Shown one piece after another: positions 1-7,229 of a stretch of 14,198 nt of DNA. Both the position numbers and the translations under genes were made by a program. The first letter of the stretch is position 1, and every line of letters starts with the position of its first letter. Under the pieces are notes generated by a model, which worked only from the letters and a program-made list of their open reading frames with translations, was not told the DNA's origin and searched no databases. The stretch is from Myxococcota bacterium (GTDB lineage Bacteria; Myxococcota; SpSt-1050): positions 1-14,198 of the forward strand of contig JBMFOP010000077.1 in assembly GCA_049969675.1 (NCBI GenBank), given 5' to 3'.

Positions 1-635
1 CTATATCTCCCCCTGATGCGACTTTGGTATATAGTGCTGATGCTGCCTCTGTCTGGAAACTTATATCATACCCATTCGGATTTGAAACCTCATCTCTAAT
101 ATTTGTATTAAATTGTGCTGGGAGATTTGCCCTACCCTTATAGACAAGGAATTTTGTCCCAAAACTAACCACAATGTCATTCAAGTCATTATTTCCATTT
201 TTATCACCGTTAATATTTACTCTCATGTTAATAGAAAAAAGACCCAAATATAACTGTGAACCAGACGGTGGTATTATGACTGAGGATGGAACTATATTTG
301 GTTCATTTGGGATACTCTGGGTTGTTGTAGGTAATCCATTGGGAGAGCCCAAATATATATACGCCCTTCCATCATTTCCATAAGCACCAGATGAGCAAAT
401 TAGGAGGTCATCATATCCATCTCCATTGAAATCACCAATATTAATTGAGGAACCAAAATAGGCATTATTTGAGCCACCTGAAATAATAAGTGGGGGTCTT
501 AGATTATCTGCATAATACACATATACCTTACCTCTATTGGTGGAATAGGCGGAATCAGAAACAACAGGGTCGGCTCTACCGTCACCATCAAAATCGCCAA
601 GAATACTTATATTGGAGCCATAAGTTGATGTCTCC
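1..635 (-). repeat. FG-GAP / integrin-alpha beta-propeller repeats (at least 3 plus the start of a 4th; truncated)
   Basis: YGSNISILGDFDGDGRADPVVSDS...GKVYVYY; YFGSSINIGDFNGDGYDDLLICSSGA...GRAYIYLG; YFGSFFSINMRVNINGDKNGNNDLNDIVVS; ...VASGGDI at the edge. Confidence 0.88.
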
Positions 636-3600
636 CCTGTTGCGATATTCTTTATTATAAACGGTACTCTTCTATCTTTCTCATATCCAGATGTGGTGGA
701 TTCATTGGGGGTACCTGGGGATGGAACTGAATCCTTTGCCTTTACAGCAAAGCAGTAATACTTATGAATCACAAGCCCTCTTACTATAGCCGTCTGAGTC
801 TGGCCGGGATCAACTATTTGCCCAATCTCCACTCCATCGCCTGAGGCAGTTGACCAGGCAAATCCCAGACAATTATGCGATGCGGATGTATCCTCTGCCC
901 ATCTAATCTCATAGTTAGCCACCTTCCCGCTTGAAGCATTATTCCCATCATTCGCAGGTGCGGTCCAGAAGAGTTTGGCAATACCCATCCTCCTTGAACA
1001 TTCACACCTCGTCTTATCTGGCTCAAAAGTTGTCCCTTCAAGCCCACAATACTCCTTATTGGGTTGACACAGGGTTGTACACTGGGCAGGCTCCTTCTCC
1101 TCATCTTTTGTATTGTCGGTTGTCTCTCCAATACAGACAGATGGAATAATAGATGCAGGTGGCAAGACATCTACATATATCTGAATGTGCTGTGGGTCAT
1201 CAGCCCTATTCCCCACATAGTCATATACCTCAACAGTGCAATCATAGGGTGTGTGTGCTGTGTAAAAGATTACATTACTGAATGTAGCAGTTCCATCAGC
1301 CATAACTATTGCACTATTATCTCCACCGATGGTTGCCTCACCTGTGCAGTTCAGGAGTGCTACCTGATTCTGCTCTATACCTGTGGTCTGAATGGTAATT
1401 GCATCTGCTGGCTTAAATTGTAGCCCTGATGCAATGGGGTCATTATCATCCACAGATGTATATACCCTATCAATTGATAGATTATTCCCATCCGGGACCG
1501 GTTTTGTAAAAGCAACTGTCGGCTTATCCCCATCGGCAAGTATGTTAAAGAGTTCAACTGTGGTGGTGATTCCAGAATTTGGGTCTGTAACTTGAGCCTT
1601 GAGTGTATTTGTGGATGGATATTGATTGAGGACAATATTTGTGAATGCCGCCTTTCCTCCCTGCAGTTGAACTGCTGGAACTATCTCTTCTCCATTTACC
1701 CATAGCCTCGCAGACGCCCCACTCATCACATCAGAGACCACATTAATCGTGGTCTTAAATGAGTTGGGTGCCGGGTCAAAATCGTCCGCTGCTGTAAATT
1801 TACTGTTATTTACCAGTTCATCACCGGTATTTACTACTCCATCTGCCGTCCACTTCTCAATTCCTACTGCGGGGACATTTATATTTACATTTGCATAAAT
1901 CTTTGAACTATATGCCACATTCCCTTTGTCATCCACAACCTTGATTCTAAACTCCCTATTCCCTTTATAAAGAGTTGGATATGGCACAAAATTGAACTGG
2001 AAATTTGAATTGTCACTGCCAACTACAGCCTGTGCATCTGGAACAGCATTGAACTGCCCAATACCGACCAGTCTGTTCTCAATTGTAACAGTAGAAGCTG
2101 AATCTACATTTGTAATGCTGATTGCAAATTTCTCTGTCTGCAATCCATTGTTAAGGTCCCCGTCTTTATCATCAGAGGGCAAAAAGATATATGGATTGGA
2201 CTGATTGGGGGTATTGGGGAATACAAATGCCACGGTTGGGGCGACTGTATCCACATCAAATTCACGCGATACCTGTTGGGCTGGATTCTTTACTATATCA
2301 AACAGGTCTGCTTTAACTGTATTTACACCCTGCAGGAGTGGATATGACTGGAATGTAACCTGATTCCCCATTGTGTTGTCAATGGTGATTTCTGTCTTAA
2401 TAGCCCCTCTTGTGAGTGAGACCTTTTGGCCGGTAAGCGGATTGTTATCACTGATATTTACCACCACATCAAGTTTGAGCGTGCTCCCTTCGTAGATACA
2501 GTTGTAAATACAGTTCTGTTGTGTGAGCCAGTTTGGATTGACAAACTCTGGTGGAGAGTTGAATGATACAATGGGTGGTATTGAATCGGCAAGGAGAGCG
2601 ATAGACGGAGATATCTCATTCTTATTCCCTGCTGCATCTGAGACCTCTATAGAGTAGGTGTGGGTACCATCGGGGATATTGTAGCTCAATGTGGCAGAAT
2701 TATTTGTAATAGTCCCCTCAACTCCGTTGACCTTTATCCCGTTGTCAATGAGATATACCTTCTGTCCATCCTCGGCGCCGGATGTGGTAATTGCAAATGT
2801 GGACTGGATTCCAGAGGTACCTGTATCCGCATCTTCAGAAAGTCCGAGCATAATATTCGGTGCAACATCATTCTCCAGTTTATTGTTGGAGATGACAACC
2901 GCATTTACTGTCGGCGGGACCGAGTCAACCCTGATTCTTGAGGTTACAGAATAACCTTTATTGCCATAATCATCCTGAGCCTCTGCAAAGACTCTGTGAT
3001 CCCCTTCTGCCATATTCACCTGCCCGAAAGTTACTTTGCCAACAGCTCCACTTACAATCACATTCCCCCTTGCAATCACCCTGAATAATCCAGAGCCATC
3101 CTGACAGAGCTCGGTTGCAGAGCCATAATTATCTGAACAGAGTCTGACCTCGCTATCTTTCTTGAGCCCCTTTGTCTGAACATAAAAGTAACCCTGAAAT
3201 CCGGGCTGAGACTGAGACTGGTCATAAGATTTATTCCATACATAATTGGTGGTATCGTTTAGTTTTGTGGAATTTTTATCAAATATCTCAAGGATTGGTC
3301 TATCTGTGTTGACATCATAAGTTCTTATTGCACTACCTGTATTTCCTGCTGCATCCCTTGTTGTGGCTGTAACTACATTGCTCCCATTGTTCAAAGTAAA
3401 ATAGGTCGTTGTATTCGGGAATGTTAGAATCTGACTGTCAGCACTAAGCGTAAGAGCTGAATTGATGCTGGTTGCACCACTAACTGTTAGATTTACATCA
3501 CTCCCTGCCTTCCCGTTCTTTACATCCACCTTTATTTGAGTCTGTAGTTCTGGAGTACCATAATCATAGTCATTTGCGATACCGAGTTTATCAGAGGTCG

Positions 3601-6600
3601 GGAATGTAATATTTACCTCTGGTGCCTTTCTATCAATATAAATCTTTATTGAGACCTCTGCTGATTCATTTCCCGCCCTATCCACACCTTTGACTCTTAA
3701 GGTCGTCTCTGTCCAGTCCGAGCCAGCCACATCTGTAACTTTGATGCCCTTGAAGATATAGGTATTGTTCCTGACCTTCCCTGTATAGGTATCTGTGGAG
3801 AGGGCTCTAATTACAGTGAGTGTCACCACTGAATCATCCTCTAAAGACTCAGAGCCAGAGCCCCCCTGAACAGTTATATCAATACCAAATCCAACCCCCG
3901 GAAACTTATCTTCGTCAGAGAGATTGAATATCCTCCCATCCAGTGGTTCAACAAAGCTTACAGATGGGATCCCGGTATCCGCATAGATTGTAAATTTTGA
4001 GGAGGTCCCATTCTTACTCCCATCATCACAACTTACCCATATCTGCGATGAACCCTCACCAAAAGTTACATCTGCAAAGGTAATCTCGCCATTTGTAACA
4101 GAGGCATTATAGACAGCAATGGCGGCCTGCTTTACGCTGAGCACACACGGGGTTCCATCTGGTGCATTGGTGGTTGCTTTTACATCATATTGTACTCCAT
4201 CCAGATTCAAATCTTTATCATTACCTGCATTGAGATAGCCTCCATCTTTGGGGTCAGTAATGGTAATTACATACCTGCCAGTATTCACCGTGATATTTAC
4301 CTCTGCAAATCCGATTTTACCTACCAGATTTTGAGCCTCTGCCCGAAGTGTAATATCGCCCTCTGGAAGCTCTACATTTTCAAATACCATCTCCACAAAT
4401 CCACCACCAATATCTGTTGCAGGCAGACTATTTATTGGACTTCCCATATTCCCACCCTGTTTTATATAGAGTTTTCCAATAGTTCCAGCCGATAGATTCT
4501 CTGCCTTCACCTTTACATCATACTGCAGACCATTCTGAATATCTGAATCCTTATCATCAGCCCCGGTCAGTGTCGCCCCTTCAATTGGTGCCTCAAATGT
4601 GAGCGCAGGAACTGTTGTATCAACATAGACATTTATAGAGGGTTCATTGGACTTATTCCCCGCTTTATCCATTGCATAGGCTTTTATAGCATTTGGTTGT
4701 TTAGCTTTATCGGCTATTAGCGGGACATCTGTAAATGTAGCCCATCCATCATCTACCTCTGCAGGTGGCATATCCACATCGTTGACCTTGAGATAAACCT
4801 TTTCACCATTTTCAAGCCCATTTGTCTTTACCACCACATCTATCAGGTTTGTATCTACATTAGTATTATCAGACGGCTCTGTAATTGCGAGCACCGGAGG
4901 GGTGATGTCCACTGTAACTATGAGTGGGTCTGGCTGAACAAATGCCTGAAGACCTCCTGCATTCTTTACATCAATGGTCATCTCAAGCCTTCCTTCTGGC
5001 AACTCTACCGGGTCTGCAAAGACCGCCTTATTGTTATTAACTGTAAATTCATACTCCAGATACCCCTTTACAATAAGTTTACCGACCTGCCCATTTTGAA
5101 TGTTCTGTGTCCTGATATCAATCTTAGTCGTCTGCAGATTGGGTTTTGCGTTATCTTCGTCATTCTCTTTGTTCAGATATGAATTGTTTGCAGGCCAGAA
5201 AAATTGTGCAAATGGGATACCGGTATCTACTGTGATAGTAATATCTCCGGTCTCATATTCATTACCACTATCATCAATTACGAATAGCCTCAATGTATGA
5301 ATCCCTTCAGGGATTGTCACAGATTTGAACTGATATGCCCCCTCTGGCGTAAATGTGTCTGAACCCATATCCATTGTGATTGGCGGAAGGTCTGGATTTA
5401 TGGCTGCATCCATCCTGAGCATAACCTTCTGATATGTGCTCACCCCGGTGGTCGTCCCTGATACCTGTATCTGAAAGCCTGGCTTTGAGGAATCTGCATC
5501 CATATTTGCATTAAACAGGGCACCATCTGCTGGAAGACTGATGACCCCAGAAGGCGGTACTGAATCTACAATTGCCCGCACAGGTAGTGAGGTACCCTCT
5601 CTCCCACCATCACCAGCCTCTTTTACTTTTGCCACTATACTAACAACACCTCCATTTAAGAGTGCCTCCTCATCAAATGTGATATCCACACCTGCAATCA
5701 GCCTCTTTGTCCCTCTCTCCTCTACCACTGTCCCGCTCACACTGAAGGTCTTATTCGGTGTTGTGATTGTAAAATCTACATTTGAACCAATACCACAGGA
5801 GGTATTTGTCTTCTCATAAGCGGTCTCCGCCACAATGGTCGCCTGCATCCCGACTGCATTCGGGTCTTTATCAAGTATTACCTTCTCGCCCTGACCATTT
5901 ACAAGATATTTACTCCCATCAAGGGGACTGATTATTCTGATCAGGCATCTGCCGGTATTTACAGTAACTTTAATCTTCTCAACAGTTGCCTTTACTCCAG
6001 AGAGGTTGGATACATTCACATCCAGCTCATTTGTCCCTTCTGCAAAAGTAACATCCTGAAAGAGTAAAGTATTTACCCCGACTTTGGCTGTTGCTGCCTC
6101 AATCCCGTTTATTATCAGTTTTGCATTCTGATTCAATTCCACACCGATACAGGAGAGTTGAACATTGTATTGAAATCCATTTGAGATATCCTGATCCTTA
6201 TCATCGGTGGCTGTGAGGGTTTCGTTATTTTGTGGCTTCTCAAATCTACAGCTAACCTCACTAATTGCAGTAACCACTATTGTCTTGCTCACTTCAACCC
6301 CTGAGAGGTTTTTGACTGAGGCTGTAATAGAGTTTGCGCCATTTACAAATGTCACACCCTTGAATGTGGCTATATACCTTCCCATGTTGTCTTTGGTGAC
6401 TCCACCCTTATATGTCTTGCCAGAAGAGCTGCTGGTTGTATCGGAGGCATTGAGCAATGTAGCAATCTGCCCAATCTCCACATTCTGAACCTTCACAACC
6501 ACATCGTACTGAATCAGCGGGAGATTTGTATCCATATCATCAGAGGCAGTAAGATTTCTCCCATCCTTTGGGTCAAGAAAGTCAATGGTCGTAAGGGGTA

Positions 6601-6724
6601 AATTTCTATCAGTGATTATGTCCGTTACATCTGTCTGCTCACTCCCTCCACCTCCACAATCACAATTGCTTAAAATAAACAGCGCCACCAGAATGCTTAC
6701 CAGTGTGAGTGATTTGCCCTTCAT
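1..6724 (-). CDS. Giant predicted surface lipoprotein/adhesin (3'-truncated, >2,240 aa): signal peptide, ~16 Ig-like repeats, Cys-rich insert, FN3 domain, FG-GAP repeats
   Basis: ATG at 6724 with GGAGG just upstream (6733-6729). Manual translation begins MKGKSLTLVSILVALFILSNCDCGGGGSEQ. Segments translated along the length stay in this frame to the window edge (...LYTKVASGGDI). Absence from the ORF track is consistent with no in-frame stop. Contains recurring D-x-A-G-N and V-D-x-x-P-P Big-domain motifs, FN3 motifs (LFWTAP...NYEIRW...YYCFAVKAKD) and FG-GAP motifs (GDFDGDGRAD, GDFNGDGYDDLLI). Confidence 0.93.
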   Translation of the reverse strand, partial: MKGKSLTLVSILVALFILSNCDCGGGGSEQTDVTDIITDRNLPLTTIDFLDPKDGRNLTASDDMDTNLPLIQYDVVVKVQNVEIGQIATLLNASDTTSSSSGKTYKGGVTKDNMGRYIATFKGVTFVNGANSITASVKNLSGVEVSKTIVVTAISEVSCRFEKPQNNETLTATDDKDQDISNGFQYNVQLSCIGVELNQNAKLIINGIEAATAKVGVNTLLFQDVTFAEGTNELDVNVSNLSGVKATVEKIKVTVNTGRCLIRIISPLDGSKYLVNGQGEKVILDKDPNAVGMQATIVAETAYEKTNTSCGIGSNVDFTITTPNKTFSVSGTVVEERGTKRLIAGVDITFDEEALLNGGVVSIVAKVKEAGDGGREGTSLPVRAIVDSVPPSGVISLPADGALFNANMDADSSKPGFQIQVSGTTTGVSTYQKVMLRMDAAINPDLPPITMDMGSDTFTPEGAYQFKSVTIPEGIHTLRLFVIDDSGNEYETGDITITVDTGIPFAQFFWPANNSYLNKENDEDNAKPNLQTTKIDIRTQNIQNGQVGKLIVKGYLEYEFTVNNNKAVFADPVELPEGRLEMTIDVKNAGGLQAFVQPDPLIVTVDITPPVLAITEPSDNTNVDTNLIDVVVKTNGLENGEKVYLKVNDVDMPPAEVDDGWATFTDVPLIADKAKQPNAIKAYAMDKAGNKSNEPSINVYVDTTVPALTFEAPIEGATLTGADDKDSDIQNGLQYDVKVKAENLSAGTIGKLYIKQGGNMGSPINSLPATDIGGGFVEMVFENVELPEGDITLRAEAQNLVGKIGFAEVNITVNTGRYVITITDPKDGGYLNAGNDKDLNLDGVQYDVKATTNAPDGTPCVLSVKQAAIAVYNASVTNGEITFADVTFGEGSSQIWVSCDDGSKNGTSSKFTIYADTGIPSVSFVEPLDGRIFNLSDEDKFPGVGFGIDITVQGGSGSESLEDDSVVTLTVIRALSTDTYTGKVRNNTYIFKGIKVTDVAGSDWTETTLRVKGVDRAGNESAEVSIKIYIDRKAPEVNITFPTSDKLGIANDYDYGTPELQTQIKVDVKNGKAGSDVNLTVSGATSINSALTLSADSQILTFPNTTTYFTLNNGSNVVTATTRDAAGNTGSAIRTYDVNTDRPILEIFDKNSTKLNDTTNYVWNKSYDQSQSQPGFQGYFYVQTKGLKKDSEVRLCSDNYGSATELCQDGSGLFRVIARGNVIVSGAVGKVTFGQVNMAEGDHRVFAEAQDDYGNKGYSVTSRIRVDSVPPTVNAVVISNNKLENDVAPNIMLGLSEDADTGTSGIQSTFAITTSGAEDGQKVYLIDNGIKVNGVEGTITNNSATLSYNIPDGTHTYSIEVSDAAGNKNEISPSIALLADSIPPIVSFNSPPEFVNPNWLTQQNCIYNCIYEGSTLKLDVVVNISDNNPLTGQKVSLTRGAIKTEITIDNTMGNQVTFQSYPLLQGVNTVKADLFDIVKNPAQQVSREFDVDTVAPTVAFVFPNTPNQSNPYIFLPSDDKDGDLNNGLQTEKFAISITNVDSASTVTIENRLVGIGQFNAVPDAQAVVGSDNSNFQFNFVPYPTLYKGNREFRIKVVDDKGNVAYSSKIYANVNINVPAVGIEKWTADGVVNTGDELVNNSKFTAADDFDPAPNSFKTTINVVSDVMSGASARLWVNGEEIVPAVQLQGGKAAFTNIVLNQYPSTNTLKAQVTDPNSGITTTVELFNILADGDKPTVAFTKPVPDGNNLSIDRVYTSVDDNDPIASGLQFKPADAITIQTTGIEQNQVALLNCTGEATIGGDNSAIVMADGTATFSNVIFYTAHTPYDCTVEVYDYVGNRADDPQHIQIYVDVLPPASIIPSVCIGETTDNTKDEEKEPAQCTTLCQPNKEYCGLEGTTFEPDKTRCECSRRMGIAKLFWTAPANDGNNASSGKVANYEIRWAEDTSASHNCLGFAWSTASGDGVEIGQIVDPGQTQTAIVRGLVIHKYYCFAVKAKDSVPSPGTPNESTTSGYEKDRRVPFIIKNIATGETSTYGSNISILGDFDGDGRADPVVSDSAYSTNRGKVYVYYADNLRPPLIISGGSNNAYFGSSINIGDFNGDGYDDLLICSSGAYGNDGRAYIYLGSPNGLPTTTQSIPNEPNIVPSSVIIPPSGSQLYLGLFSINMRVNINGDKNGNNDLNDIVVSFGTKFLVYKGRANLPAQFNTNIRDEVSNPNGYDISFQTEAASALYTKVASGGDI
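730..990 (-). other. Fibronectin type III-like domain within the giant protein
   Basis: AKLFWTAPANDGNNASSGKVANYEIRWA...TAIVRGLVIHKYYCFAVKAKD fits the FN3 pattern W-x-x-P...Y-x-I...L...Y-x-F-x-V-x-A. Confidence 0.75.
1165..6590 (-). repeat. About 16 tandem, divergent ~100-130 aa bacterial Ig-like domain repeats (protein level)
   Basis: Boundary motifs recur every ~290-390 nt: VNTGRC ~5955, VDSVPP ~5565, VDTGIP ~5228, VDITPP ~4910, VDTTVP ~4622, VNTGRY ~4285, ADTGIP ~3980, IDRKAP ~3635, VNTDRP ~3310, VDSVPP ~2925, ADSIPP ~2590, VDTVAP ~2250, VDVLPP ~1170. Count and boundaries are approximate. Confidence 0.8.
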
Positions 6725-6762
6725 AAACCCTCCAGAAAAAGGTTACAGAAAAAACAGACTAA

Positions 6763-6814
6763 ATATTATCATATTAACATATTCATTGCAAGTCCAATTT
6801 TGTTGTGATAATAA
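6763..6814. promoter_or_regulatory. Putative bidirectional sigma70-type promoter sharing a palindromic -35 (TTGCAA, 6786-6791)
   Basis: Minus strand reads TTGCAA-17 nt-TAATAT (6768-6763); plus strand reads TTGCAA-17 nt-TAATAA (6809-6814). It lies in the 192-bp gap between the divergent genes. Confidence 0.45.
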
Positions 6815-6916
6815 AACTCTGCCTGTAATATCTATGAGCATTATATCAGGCTTTTGTATGAAAGACCAACTTCATATTGTGTTCGGAGTAGCAGGCATTG
6901 TAGGAGGTAATAAAGA

Positions 6917-7210
6917 ATGAAGAAGATTCCGGAAGAGAAGGATACAAAGACTTACAGAGTAAATGAGAGGGTCATCTATCGGGTCATTGAGGATGAGGCG
7001 GCAGTTGTAAAGCCAGACGATGGGTCGCTGATTATGCTGAACGAGACAGGGACATTCATACTCAAAAATCTGAAGAAGGCGATTTCAATTGACAAACTTA
7101 CTCAGAAGGTCCTGAGTGAGTATGATATCTCAAGAGAGAAGGCGGAGAAGGATGTAAAGCAGTTTATAAAACTCCTTCTAAAAGAAGGGATTATTGTAGA
7201 AATCAAATGA
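6917..7210 (+). CDS. PqqD-family protein / stand-alone RiPP recognition element (RRE)
   Basis: 97 aa with the PqqD pattern: YRVIEDEAAVV..., LNETGTFILKNL, helix then EYDISREKAEKDVKQFIKLLLKEGII. Strong SD AGGAGG at 6902-6907. Confidence 0.88.
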   Translation: MKKIPEEKDTKTYRVNERVIYRVIEDEAAVVKPDDGSLIMLNETGTFILKNLKKAISIDKLTQKVLSEYDISREKAEKDVKQFIKLLLKEGIIVEIK

Positions 7211-7229
7211 GAAGACAGGGAGGATATCT

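Noticed and set aside
6764..6813. Fur box (GATAAT hexamers)
   Set aside because: The hexamers point outward and are 36 nt apart, unlike the contiguous 19-bp Fur consensus.
174..6920. Many short plus-strand ORFs (174-383 through 6585-6920) and off-frame minus ORFs 814-1170 and 1375-1635
   Set aside because: They are shadows of the giant minus-strand CDS, which has coherent domain motifs; these have none.
6917..7210. PQQ or mycofactocin biosynthesis cluster
   Set aside because: No pqqA/B/C/E or mftA/C-like genes in the window; only the RRE fold is supported.
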